This document shows, in pieces, positions 1 to 8,862 of a stretch of 54,305 bases of DNA. Within the stretch, counting starts at the first letter, position 1; each line of letters opens with the position of its first letter. This DNA comes from a virus (lineage: Duplodnaviria > Caudoviricetes), in IMG/VR virus record IMGVR_UViG_3300034161_000026, positions 1 to 54,305 of that record, one strand, 5' to 3'. Position numbers and translations under genes: made by a program. The notes below the pieces were generated by a model, which ran no database searches, had not been told where the DNA came from, and saw nothing but the letters and a program-made list of their open reading frames with translations.

Positions 1-894
1 ATCGTTCATCCGGTGCATGGCCGTGGCCCCAAACTGATCTGGCTGCCCATACGGGAAGACCAGTTCCTGGTGTAGGCCGCGCTGCTTGTCGATGATGTTC
101 ATGGCCACCTTGTTCAGGACCACCAAGCGCTCATCGCCGTTCTTCACCCCTGCTTTTTCACTCCGCCCGCCGAATCCGGCAGGTATCAGAAACACGCTGG
201 TGTTCAGTTCGGGCACGCGTATCTCCCAATCCCACCGCAACTTGCACACTTCCTGTTCCCGGCAACCGCTGTTCACCTTGTAGAGGGCCATCCTCAACAG
301 ATGATCCGGTAACTCGGGAAACAAGATCGCCTGCTCTTCCCACGACATCGGGTAGGGTTTCCGGGCGGACCTCTTTTCCTCCAGCATCGAGATCATCGGT
401 ACGCTCGTCAGCCACGGCCGTTTTTCCGCGTCGCGCCACTTCCTGTGGCACAGGTTCAAGATTCGGACGACTCGCTGCAGGGCGATGTTCACCGTCCTGT
501 TCGAAACGCCCGGCTTCACCTTGCCGGTTGCCGTCTTGGTCGGTTTTTGTCGATCGCGCTTGAAGGCGGCAAGTGTTCCGTCATCAATGTGCGTGATCGG
601 CAAGTCGCCGATGTACGGATCCAGTTGTTCAATGTGGGAAGCGGACAAGGCGATTGACGCCTGATCCTTGAAGTCCACCAGGAACTTCGTGGCAGCCTCC
701 CGCCAGGTTCGCACCTGGCGCACGCCGTAAACCTTCTCCTGCCTGAGCTTTTCCAGGCGGTGAATCAGGTACTGCTCGGCTTCTTCCCTCTCGCTTGATC
801 CAGTGCTTTCTTGAAGTCGCTGACCTCGGACGACTTTGTCGATGTGCCAAATGCCGTTCCTCTCGTAGAGGCCGGACATGGTTTTTCGCGCCAT
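1..894 (-). CDS. int: Tyrosine integrase, C-terminus beyond the window edge
   Basis: Manual translation from ATG at 894: MARKTMSGLYERNGIWHIDKVVRGQRLQESTG...EAEQYLIHRLEKL...YKVNSGCREQEV...VKNGDER. Absent from ORF track because there is no stop in the window. Confidence 0.92.
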   Translation of the reverse strand, partial: MARKTMSGLYERNGIWHIDKVVRGQRLQESTGSSEREEAEQYLIHRLEKLRQEKVYGVRQVRTWREAATKFLVDFKDQASIALSASHIEQLDPYIGDLPITHIDDGTLAAFKRDRQKPTKTATGKVKPGVSNRTVNIALQRVVRILNLCHRKWRDAEKRPWLTSVPMISMLEEKRSARKPYPMSWEEQAILFPELPDHLLRMALYKVNSGCREQEVCKLRWDWEIRVPELNTSVFLIPAGFGGRSEKAGVKNGDERLVVLNKVAMNIIDKQRGLHQELVFPYGQPDQFGATAMHRMND

Positions 895-1166
895 TTATTA
901 ACTCCTTGGCGCCCACTGCGGGGCCGATTGTTATCCTCATTGCTAGCTTTTTCAATTGCCATCGACTCGATGTAAGCGTCTGCCCATGCGTCCAGTTCAA
1001 GCCGGTCAAAGGCAACACCCTGTTTTCCAATGGGGAATTCCCTGACGTGGGGGCGGACGGTGGTTTTGAATTCGGCACGGCACATGCCGAGATATGCAGG
1101 GGCATCCATAGCCCGAATGAAGCGTGGTGGGGTATCTGCTACCGCCGCCGCTCTTGTATTGGCCAT
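765..1166 (-). CDS. Excisionase-like DNA-binding protein
   Basis: PRFIRAMDAPAYLGM...FDRLELDAW pattern; immediately upstream of and overlapping int. Confidence 0.7.
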   Translation of the reverse strand: MANTRAAAVADTPPRFIRAMDAPAYLGMCRAEFKTTVRPHVREFPIGKQGVAFDRLELDAWADAYIESMAIEKASNEDNNRPRSGRQGVNKWREKPCPASTRGTAFGTSTKSSEVSDFKKALDQARGKKPSST

Positions 1167-1256
1167 GAGGGTTCCTCGAGCTGCCGTTACGGGCTGAATT
1201 ATTGAAAGGGGGGAGAGCGTTGCTGCGGGGGTTGGCTAGCCCCTGATCTGATCGAT

Positions 1257-1604
1257 TTAGCCTGTGCCGGGCTTAGTGATAGATTGGCTTTGGCGAGCAG
1301 GGAATGCCTCTCCTTCCCACCTCCCGGGTTTGCCGCGGATAGCGCCATGGTGTCCATAGCAGTGGGGTTTTTTACTGGCAAAGAGTTTCTCGCAAGCCTC
1401 AAACAACGCAGCCTCACCTTCAATTGCGATCAATTCCTGCCCTGCCATCGAGCCAACCTGAATCCATCCCGACTTGTCGCGGCCATAGTTTTCAGTCTTG
1501 AACAGTCGATAACGGTTCCGGTGTCCGGTGTTGGGTGATGAGCTCTCGGTGTTCAGGTAGAAGTGAACGCCAGCCTGATGGACCTGCAGGGTCGTTTTAG
1601 CCAT
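1257..1604 (-). CDS. Hypothetical phage early protein
   Basis: 115-aa ORF in the leftward operon. Confidence 0.6.
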   Translation of the reverse strand: MAKTTLQVHQAGVHFYLNTESSSPNTGHRNRYRLFKTENYGRDKSGWIQVGSMAGQELIAIEGEAALFEACEKLFASKKPHCYGHHGAIRGKPGRWEGEAFPARQSQSITKPGTG

Positions 1605-1782
1605 TGCGCACCTCTGTTCCAGGCACCGAGCGAAGATTCAGCAGCTTGATGCCGCAGGCCCTAGCTAGCTCTTGTAGATCTCGCACTGTGGTCTGCTCGC
1701 GTTTCATCGCCATGCCTAGATCTATAAGGCGCTGGCCGAACTCCGCGAACTCGCTTGATTGGTTCGGTGCTTGAGTGGTCAA
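1597..1782 (-). CDS. Hypothetical phage early protein
   Basis: 61-aa ORF with AGAGGA RBS, overlapping the next gene. Confidence 0.55.
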   Translation of the reverse strand: MTTQAPNQSSEFAEFGQRLIDLGMAMKREQTTVRDLQELARACGIKLLNLRSVPGTEVRNG

Positions 1783-1910
1783 TGCATGTCCTCTCTGTTA
1801 ATGGCTGCCTACAAGGCAGTTTCTCCAAGGCGAGCAAAGGCCCGCCGCGTTGTTGGCGTTCGCAAAAAATGATGGAGGCTCTGGGTTTGCCGTGAGGCAA
1901 ATGAGGAGTG

Positions 1911-1972
1911 ATGCAAAATTAGCAAAAGCTAAATAATTAATCAATACAAATTGCTAAATTAATATTTGCTAA
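1911..1972 (-). promoter_or_regulatory. PL-like promoter with three repressor operators (OL)
   Basis: 14-mers TTAGCAAAAGCTAA (1919-1932), ATACAAATTGCTAA and TTAATATTTGCTAA; minus-strand TTGATT-N17-TAATTT; same motif occurs between cI and cro. Confidence 0.75.
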
Positions 1973-2195
1973 TTCCAGAGCGGGCATGGAATGCCGCTCG
2001 TTGCTGCTCGTAGTGGCGATTCAATGGTGATAAATTTCGCGTCGTTAGCAAGCTGTACGGGCGAGTAGGGCGCGCGTTGTTCCGAGCTCGGACGATGGCA
2101 ACAGCTTTACCAAGGTTCAAGAGCGGCACGTGTTCTGGTGGGCGATGTATTCGCGCTGAAGCTGATGAAGCAATGCCCTGAAGAAGGGTTGATCA

Positions 2196-2402
2196 ATGCC
2201 AAAGAAACATCAGGAAAGCAGAGCAGCGACTGCTGCTGACATTGAGCGCTCTATCCAAGCGCTGAACAAAATGGCTGAACGCCTCTGGGGCGATGGTCGA
2301 GAGACCGAGGCGAAAGCCCTCCTTGATGCCCTGGATTCTCTAAATCGGGCGCTGGACCGGATCAGGATTGGAGAAAGCCGCAGGGCTGCAAGTCTCCATT
2401 GA
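2196..2402 (+). CDS. Hypothetical small helical protein
   Basis: 68-aa ORF with ATG start. Confidence 0.6.
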   Translation: MPKKHQESRAATAADIERSIQALNKMAERLWGDGRETEAKALLDALDSLNRALDRIRIGESRRAASLH

Positions 2403-2443
2403 GATCGACTGAGCGGGTTCTATTAGCCTCAAAAGGAATTGAG

Positions 2444-2782
2444 ATGGCATCAGTTATGTTTCTGCATGGCGAGGAAGATATTCCCGAAATTGTCCATGCT
2501 CTAAAGTCTTTTGGAGTCGCAGTAATCGGATGCATGCGCTCTCGCGCACCGGAGCTCCGAACGCTGGTCAGCGAAGCTTTGGGGGCAGAGAAGAAAGACG
2601 GCAACGGGGTTATCAACTTGCTGTTGCCGCTGAGTTACAAGGGCGACATTTGGGATACCACCGTATTTTTTTATGATGCCAAACACAGTTACCGACCGGG
2701 TACATCCATTGCGCTGGTGAATCGGGCGTTGGGCGAGTGGATTGCAGAAGGCCAGAATGATTACTACCTCTATAGTGAGTAA
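2444..2782 (+). CDS. Hypothetical protein
   Basis: AAGGA RBS before ATG at 2444. Confidence 0.55.
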   Translation: MASVMFLHGEEDIPEIVHALKSFGVAVIGCMRSRAPELRTLVSEALGAEKKDGNGVINLLLPLSYKGDIWDTTVFFYDAKHSYRPGTSIALVNRALGEWIAEGQNDYYLYSE

Positions 2783-2895
2783 ACCCTGGTAGGGATATAA
2801 CTGGAGTGGTAAGGCGTGCTTCGTCGTCGAGGATCGTCTCGATCGTTTACACCGATGAGATCAAAGCCGGCGCAATAACCAGGACGATCATAAAG

Positions 2896-3150
2896 ATGGC
2901 AGATCTCATACAAGGGCTCGACGGCCCCAGGACAGCCCAGCAGGAGCTGTTCTACGACCTTGAGGATGCGACCGCAATCATTAACTGGTCAGTTATTGAG
3001 CTAACAGACTTGGCTAGTCAGGCTACAGATGCGGGCCAGTCCGCCTTCCTTAGGAAAATGTGCATGATTCTGTCTGCAGAGCAGGAAAAGCTCCGCAGAT
3101 ACGCAGAGGAAGCGAAGGCGGGAAGGATTGTGCGAGCGAAATCAGAATAG
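2896..3150 (+). CDS. Hypothetical protein
   Basis: MADLIQGLDGPRTAQQELFYDLEDA..., start position uncertain. Confidence 0.55.
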   Translation: MADLIQGLDGPRTAQQELFYDLEDATAIINWSVIELTDLASQATDAGQSAFLRKMCMILSAEQEKLRRYAEEAKAGRIVRAKSE

Positions 3151-3351
3151 ATTGCTGCCTGCCCGTGTAAGAGATCTCTTACGCCGATACACGGTCATGG
3201 CGCACATCGGAAACCATCGGAATAAAAAATAAACTACCGTATCATCATCACTTGTGACGTTTTCTAAATAGCTACACGTCTAACGACTGATCCGGGATTC
3301 TCTCGCTGCGAAGCGACAACCCATTCGTTTATAAATTTGGAGATCCTCATC

Positions 3352-3855
3352 GTGGATTATCGTGCAGCAGCATCACAGATGATGGTTGCAGCCCTGGCTC
3401 TGATGGGTAGCTACTCCGAAGCTGCGACACACCAGAAGCCGACTCCCCGCTTGGAAGTGGAATGTAACCATCTGGAGCTTGCAGCAATGCAGAAAGAGCT
3501 AAAGGAATTAGCTGACGGTTGGTCAGAGCTTGATGGGATATTTGCAGAAGCCCTGAGATCGTGCCTCAAGCGCGATAGCATCGCCCACCAAGAGTTCTCT
3601 CGAGTGGCTGAGCTGCTAAACGCAACTCGCGCCCTCGAATCGGCGCTGAAAAATGCGCAGCCACCAGTTCAGTTAGTCGCTGACCACCTAAAGCTCCGTC
3701 GTGTTGTTGCCGGCACTCGTGCCAGGCTCTCGGAGCTAGACAGTCTTCACCGGCAAGCTACGCGCATACCTGAATACGTAGATACAGAAATCAATTTCAA
3801 TGGATTGAAAGAGCTGGCAAGTCACACAAATGCCCGCATGGCGCATATCGCCTAA
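3352..3855 (+). CDS. Helical protein, putative non-YafN antitoxin of the YafO toxin
   Basis: Ends 8 bp upstream of yafO; GGAG RBS before GTG at 3352. Confidence 0.55.
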   Translation: MDYRAAASQMMVAALALMGSYSEAATHQKPTPRLEVECNHLELAAMQKELKELADGWSELDGIFAEALRSCLKRDSIAHQEFSRVAELLNATRALESALKNAQPPVQLVADHLKLRRVVAGTRARLSELDSLHRQATRIPEYVDTEINFNGLKELASHTNARMAHIA

Positions 3856-3863
3856 GGGAGAAA

Positions 3864-4301
3864 ATGGCTTCTGTAAGCTTCCATCAGGCGACATTTGCAG
3901 AGTATTTCGAGCCGATCGATAAGATTCATCCGGGTCTATCTGAAAAAATTGCTTCCGACTTTCTGTCCTACATCGAGTCGAGGCAAACCAGAACGCCAAT
4001 GTATTTCGGCAGAGACGCACCCTACACCCAGCCCCAGGCAGCGCTCAATGCGCACCTATGTCACATACATATCAAGCTTCCGCCTGGCAAGTTCCGTCAA
4101 GACCGTGCCCAGTATTACAGGGTGTGCGACTTCAAGAAGCCTCATGAAGATGCAGCATTGGTTTACGTGCAGGGTGAGCTCGAGGAGGATCATTATTTGA
4201 TTCTTGCGTTCTTTTGGCCTGACGCTCACGAACAGGCAAGAAACAACATAGTGATGCGCTATTTGTCTCATCTAGCCAAGGATTGGCGAGACCAAAACTG
4301 A
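3864..4301 (+). CDS. yafO: YafO-family mRNA interferase toxin
   Basis: FGRDAPY, LCHIHI, LVYVQG, YLILAF..PDAH motifs. Confidence 0.8.
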   Translation: MASVSFHQATFAEYFEPIDKIHPGLSEKIASDFLSYIESRQTRTPMYFGRDAPYTQPQAALNAHLCHIHIKLPPGKFRQDRAQYYRVCDFKKPHEDAALVYVQGELEEDHYLILAFFWPDAHEQARNNIVMRYLSHLAKDWRDQN

Positions 4302-4326
4302 AGCCCGGCCCAGCGCCGGGCTTTTT
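4301..4326. terminator. Intrinsic terminator between convergent genes
   Basis: AAGCCCGGC-CCAGC-GCCGGGCTTTTT. Confidence 0.8.
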
Positions 4327-4335
4327 CGTTCCGCC

Positions 4336-4557
4336 TTACCCTGGTCCACCCATGCACTCTGCGGTGGCGGCAAGTGATGCTCCTGCCTGCTGGACAAGCT
4401 TTCGCCACTCGTCACTGGTGATGAGGTCGGCGCGCTCCATGGCGTCAGCTCGCCTCAACAACCCGAAGTACTTAACTTCTGCATCCATTTGACTTCCAGC
4501 CACTGCGAATAACTCGCGCCAGGCTGTCATGGCCAGTCTTCGCTGTGCCTCTCTCAT
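4336..4557 (-). CDS. Hypothetical phage protein
   Basis: 73-aa ORF converging on the terminator. Confidence 0.6.
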   Translation of the reverse strand: MREAQRRLAMTAWRELFAVAGSQMDAEVKYFGLLRRADAMERADLITSDEWRKLVQQAGASLAATAECMGGPG

Positions 4558-4837
4558 TGGAACCCCTAATGGTGGTCTATGGGAGTAGAGGTCAGGTTAC
4601 AGCGAGCGTTCCGAATGCTTGCACGCCATGCGACCAATGGTGGCTGTGCGCCATTAATGGTCGGGTTTTGGTTCAATTCCGCAAGATGGCAATGAGAGGT
4701 TTGGCAGGCTCATTGTTTGTTCGTAGCATGTTCGTGGTGTTGTCGACTCGTGTCGAGGGCAGTGGACCAATGGAGCAGTAGCGCCCTTCATACGGTCAAT
4801 AAGAACGCCTCGTACACCAAGTAGCGCATTGCTCGGC

Positions 4838-6097
4838 TCAAGCTTCAGAACAGATCTTGGTCGCTAGGGGGAGGGCAGCTACGATCTCGTCCATCGTCGC
4901 TTTGTCTCGGTCAAAGTAGGCTGCGCCGGCATGTGTCACCGCAAGCTGATGGTCTCCAATCTCGACGACGTCCACCAAAGCAAAAAGCGAGATTAGATCC
5001 AGCCCTTCGACTCTCCCAATCTCTGTCTCTGGCAACTCGTTCCCCTCATCCAACATGGCAGCGAACTCTTTGGCCTCTTGGTGCGTATTGAAAAGCTCCA
5101 GCATTTCCGTCGACCAAATTCTATTGAGATCGCGATACGCCACCGTCTCTGGGGATCCTGGACTCCCGAGATAATAGGCATGCCTGTTTGCGAGAGCTTG
5201 AGTGACCGGGTGATTGGGCCCTCGCCGAATGACCCAAGCGCCGTTAGGGCCCTTCGCGCTGATGTGCGGGATGAGTGCGTACTGCTTGATGGTTGGTTCA
5301 TCGTCGAACGGGTTGTAGGGCAAGGCAGGGCGACCCAAGTGCAACGCTGTCGCCCCGCAACTCAACTTTACGCGGTAGCTGTCCGATGATTCCCATACTC
5401 CGAAGAGTTCATCCTTCGCCATCAACCGAATGATCGCGGGTATCAGCACCTGGGATTTCTTCCCCATCATGGGGGCTATCCGAAGGAGCTTTCTATCCCG
5501 TTCGCTGACTTCTTCTGTCAGCACAGGATCAAGGTCCGCCGGGGTGAACTGCACGAACTCCCACTCAAGTAGGCCTTCTTTCTCTTGGGCCGCTAACGAC
5601 TGCAGACGCTCCGGTTCCATGTACAGCTGGTCCAGCCGTAATGGGATCGAGTCTGTCTCGCGTGTTGCGCGGCCGGCGCTGGTGGAAGGCTTAATTGAAT
5701 CGATCGCCGCTCTCCAATCGCAACCAGGCTCTGTCCAGACCGCGAGTGCGTCAGGGAAAACCACTCCTGACGTGCTGCTCTCTGGTTTTCCGAAGTAATA
5801 GCTTACGTACGGAAGGGCGCCGAAGAAAGTTTTTGTTATTTTCCGAGGGGCAGGGTGGGGGCCTTCAACAAGTCGATACTCAAGGACAAGATCCAAATCG
5901 CCACACATCAGTGCGCCGCGGGCGTACGATCCAACGGCCCATAGAGAAGTGATCTCAACCTGAGACGTCACTGCTTTGTTGAAGAAGAAGTCTTTGTGAG
6001 CGATGGTGCGGGTGGATGCCTCGTCAAGCCGCTGGCAGATCCGCTCTAGCTTCTTGGTGAACGACTCACGGGGATAGCGCTTCTCGAGTGCGGCCAT
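4838..6097 (-). CDS. Pol-beta-superfamily nucleotidyltransferase-domain protein with unknown C-terminal region
   Basis: LWAVGSYARGALMCGDLDLVL matches hGSxARG...DxD. Confidence 0.7.
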   Translation of the reverse strand: MAALEKRYPRESFTKKLERICQRLDEASTRTIAHKDFFFNKAVTSQVEITSLWAVGSYARGALMCGDLDLVLEYRLVEGPHPAPRKITKTFFGALPYVSYYFGKPESSTSGVVFPDALAVWTEPGCDWRAAIDSIKPSTSAGRATRETDSIPLRLDQLYMEPERLQSLAAQEKEGLLEWEFVQFTPADLDPVLTEEVSERDRKLLRIAPMMGKKSQVLIPAIIRLMAKDELFGVWESSDSYRVKLSCGATALHLGRPALPYNPFDDEPTIKQYALIPHISAKGPNGAWVIRRGPNHPVTQALANRHAYYLGSPGSPETVAYRDLNRIWSTEMLELFNTHQEAKEFAAMLDEGNELPETEIGRVEGLDLISLFALVDVVEIGDHQLAVTHAGAAYFDRDKATMDEIVAALPLATKICSEA

Positions 6098-6126
6098 GCT
6101 CTCAGCTCTTCAGGTGGACGAGAGAA

Positions 6127-6168
6127 TGACCGTACCACTCTGGGTAGCTAAACCACCATTAGCAACAG
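6127..6168 (-). repeat. 42-bp promoter/operator module, copy 1
   Basis: TGACCGTACCACTCTGG-N11-ACCATTAGCAACAG; 36/42 identical to 6796-6837. Confidence 0.85.
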
Positions 6169-6248
6169 GTACAGTAAGCTACGACGGGTAGTCGGTTTAT
6201 TTGTGCTATCAATTCAACTGCGTCAATGGCTGTGCAAGCGTGCAGTTC

Positions 6249-6485
6249 CTATAGATCCCACGCGTATCCGGTTTGTCCGCAGTTTCTGGCAATAGACGAG
6301 AAAATGTCCTCAGCGGAATATTGCTTAGCCGCCCATGCATCAAGGTTAGCTTGGATCACAGCTCTACAATTCTTTGGAAGCCCAGTTTTCCCATACGTGG
6401 GTACTGCGTTGGGATCGCCTGGCGCAGTGAATCTGCCGATGACTATTCCAATTATCAGAATCAGAACCAGCTTTAAAAGTTTCAT
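6249..6485 (-). CDS. Small membrane-anchored or exported protein with two Cys
   Basis: Hydrophobic N-terminus MKLLKLVLILIIGIVIG; ATGA overlap with the upstream gene. Confidence 0.65.
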   Translation of the reverse strand: MKLLKLVLILIIGIVIGRFTAPGDPNAVPTYGKTGLPKNCRAVIQANLDAWAAKQYSAEDIFSSIARNCGQTGYAWDL

Positions 6486-6748
6486 CTGCTCTCCTGTGCA
6501 TTGTTTACTGCTGAGATGATCTCGACATGTCGACTCTTCGCATCTTCCCATGCGTTCAGCGACACCTGCTTGGCGGCGGTTGCTTCATGAACAATTTCTT
6601 CGACTTGGCTCTGCATATCGAGCAACCGCATGTCCATTGCGTCTATCTTGTCATTCAGTTTTTGTATGAGCTTCCTGGTCGTGACGGCCTCGAAAAATGC
6701 TGAACCAGCAAAAATGAAGGCAATAAGGTAGCGGTAGTCAAAGTCCAT
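6482..6748 (-). CDS. Single-TM coiled-coil protein
   Basis: YLIAFIFAGSAFF followed by a heptad-rich segment. Confidence 0.6.
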   Translation of the reverse strand: MDFDYRYLIAFIFAGSAFFEAVTTRKLIQKLNDKIDAMDMRLLDMQSQVEEIVHEATAAKQVSLNAWEDAKSRHVEIISAVNNAQESR

Positions 6749-6795
6749 TTCTCGTCTCGCAGGCTGAGTGAAAAACAACAGATCGGAACACGCAT

Positions 6796-6837
6796 TGACC
6801 GTACCACTCTGGATGCCTGCACTACCATTAGCAACAG
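6796..6837 (-). repeat. 42-bp promoter/operator module, copy 2
   Basis: Matches 6127-6168. Confidence 0.85.
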
Positions 6838-6963
6838 CTACACTCAGTTTTTGCTATGTGAAATATGTGTGGCGCTTAAGAAAAAATAACGTTTCATTCG
6901 GATGGTATGACTGAGAGTGAGCAGACTGCCAGAGATGTTTGGGTATGAAAAAAGGAGCTTTAT

Positions 6964-7506
6964 ATGGAGATTGAATACGTTCAAGAGTCAGTTAAACTAG
7001 TAGCTGCACTTGCGTGGCCGGTAACTGTTGTAGGTGTTATGTTTTTCTTCAGATCAAATCTTATAGTTATTTTTGAGGCGCTAACAAAGCGAATTAAAGC
7101 TGGCGCCCAAATAGAAACCCCATTTTTTTCGGTTCATGCTTTAAGCACGACGCTACCTCTACCGGAGGTAGGTACTTTGGTAACTGCTGAGCATCTCGCT
7201 TTGATTCATAGCAGTTGGCGCTATCCTCAAAAAGATAGAGAGTTTGGGAGGCCGATGTACGCGTTTAACGCAATTATACAGGGGCGGGATGAGGTGTTGG
7301 ATCGAATTGAATATGTTAGATATACTTTGCATAATAGTTACCCGAATTCGATTCAGACCACAACGGACAGACTTAGCCGATTTAAGTTAAAAGAGCTAGC
7401 CTACGGAGAGAGCAATCTTCGGGCAGAGGTAAAGATATTGGCTCAAGACGAACTGGTCTGTTTGAAGCGATATATAAATCTGACGGAAACAGGTTCCCGG
7501 TTGTAA
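6964..7506 (+). CDS. N-terminal TM plus prokaryotic YEATS (pYEATS) domain protein
   Basis: LAWPVTVVGVMFFF TM; VLDRIEYVRYTLHNSYPN...FKLKELAYGES YEATS-like signature; AAGGAG RBS. Confidence 0.75.
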   Translation: MEIEYVQESVKLVAALAWPVTVVGVMFFFRSNLIVIFEALTKRIKAGAQIETPFFSVHALSTTLPLPEVGTLVTAEHLALIHSSWRYPQKDREFGRPMYAFNAIIQGRDEVLDRIEYVRYTLHNSYPNSIQTTTDRLSRFKLKELAYGESNLRAEVKILAQDELVCLKRYINLTETGSRL

Positions 7507-7510
7507 GTGG

Positions 7511-7539
7511 AAGCCCAGTCAAGTACTGGGCTTTATTTT
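7511..7539 (+). terminator. Intrinsic terminator
   Basis: AAGCCCAGT-CAAGT-ACTGGGCTTTATTTT. Confidence 0.75.
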
Positions 7540-7712
7540 GAACTTGTCCCTCGATAAATTCAATAGATGGTCATTACTTGAATTCACCAAGCATTTTTTG
7601 ATTTCGTAACCAGCGCTTTCGGTGATCTGAAGGGGTTATCAACGACGTCTACCTTCACCTACTTCACCTTTTAGGCCGGGTAGGTAAAGCCATGACAGGG
7701 TATGCAGTTATC

Positions 7713-8216
7713 TTATGGCTCATACTTGCCCGCGTCTCGAGTTTGTTCTACATGTTTTAGACCATGCCCAAACCAGCCCGTTCCCAGATGATCGCTAAAT
7801 AGGGAGTAGGCATTTTCCATAGTGACACAGTGCACTTGTTCAAATGCACTATCACAAGCTTCAGTGCTCCCGTCCCTTACATCCCCAGTACACATAGACA
7901 TATCTAATGTCAGTGGACATACAAGGAAATATACCAAAAAGCCATCCATGGTAATAAAAAAACAGTGCGTAGAGCGCATTATGTACGGGCTTAGAATCTG
8001 GCCGTTCTCCTTGCCGAACTCTTCCTCGACCTCAACGATCATCTGTTGGCGTAGCGCAGGAAGGTCAAACTGCTTTGAGCTAATAGGATCTCCTATCGTA
8101 CCGCCTGGAAAATGGTAGCCCTTTCGTTTTGCCTGCTTTTTCCCGCTTGTACCGCCCGTTCCAACAAGGACGTTCTTGAACGATTCGTCGCAAAAAATTC
8201 CATATACTTTTGCCAT
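7713..8216 (-). CDS. Divergent Nudix-fold hydrolase
   Basis: VLVG...YHFPGG...EVEEEFG, a Nudix box with an insertion; GGAGG RBS. Confidence 0.55.
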   Translation of the reverse strand: MAKVYGIFCDESFKNVLVGTGGTSGKKQAKRKGYHFPGGTIGDPISSKQFDLPALRQQMIVEVEEEFGKENGQILSPYIMRSTHCFFITMDGFLVYFLVCPLTLDMSMCTGDVRDGSTEACDSAFEQVHCVTMENAYSLFSDHLGTGWFGHGLKHVEQTRDAGKYEP

Positions 8217-8415
8217 TCCGAAGCCTCCTAAATCCCAGGTAGAAAATAACCGAAAAACAAACTTGGGTATTAGTTTAGCCATGTTGAGCACTTTAGCTTC
8301 ACAGCTTGATCTTTCACTTACTATTCACGAACCCACGGTGAATTTCCTAAATCATTTCAATAGCATACACCATGCAGTGTCCGCATCATCTACGGTTGGT
8401 GTTATGGCTTCTGAC

Positions 8416-8533
8416 GTAAGCGCAGTGGATTCGCCGTACCGAACACAGCGATCACTTTGGCCAAGGCGGTCTCGGTACCGGCGCGAATGTCCATCGGCTC
8501 GGTGGCGAGCCAGATGGAGTCGATGCGAATCAT
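8416..8533 (-). pseudogene. tnpB: Truncated IS66 TnpB
   Basis: MIRIDSIWLATEPMDIRAGTETALAKVIAVFG, then frameshift and truncation. Confidence 0.8.
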
Positions 8534-8862
8534 CGCAGTAGGTCTCGAAGAAAGGTCGCGCAGGCAGCAGCATTTTCAGTTGGCCAGTTCACTTTGATGG
8601 TGCCGAGTGGGTGCTGGATCTCAACGCAGATATTCGACGATGCAACTTGCGAATTTGCTCCGGTTATCTGCATGGGCAGCGGAATAAATGCAGGTTTCAG
8701 TGACGTGTTTTTCTGGGCGTGTATCCGAATCCATTTGTGGGCGAGGTTTGCGTTGAGGCTATGACTGAGTGCGATGCTGGCAATCGGAGCGCCGGGCTGG
8801 GCACACTCTTGAATGACCTGAGCCTTGAAGGACTTGGAGTAGGAACGGCGTTGTGGCTGCAT
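8530..8862 (-). CDS. tnpA: IS66 accessory protein TnpA
   Basis: RRSYSKSFKAQVIQEC...NANLAHKW...VNWP. Confidence 0.85.
   Translation of the reverse strand: MQPQRRSYSKSFKAQVIQECAQPGAPIASIALSHSLNANLAHKWIRIHAQKNTSLKPAFIPLPMQITGANSQVASSNICVEIQHPLGTIKVNWPTENAAACATFLRDLLR

Noticed and set aside
4838-6097. CBASS CD-NTase
   Set aside because: No adjacent Cap effector or ancillary genes, and the motif looks like the minimal NTase type; not excluded without a structure search
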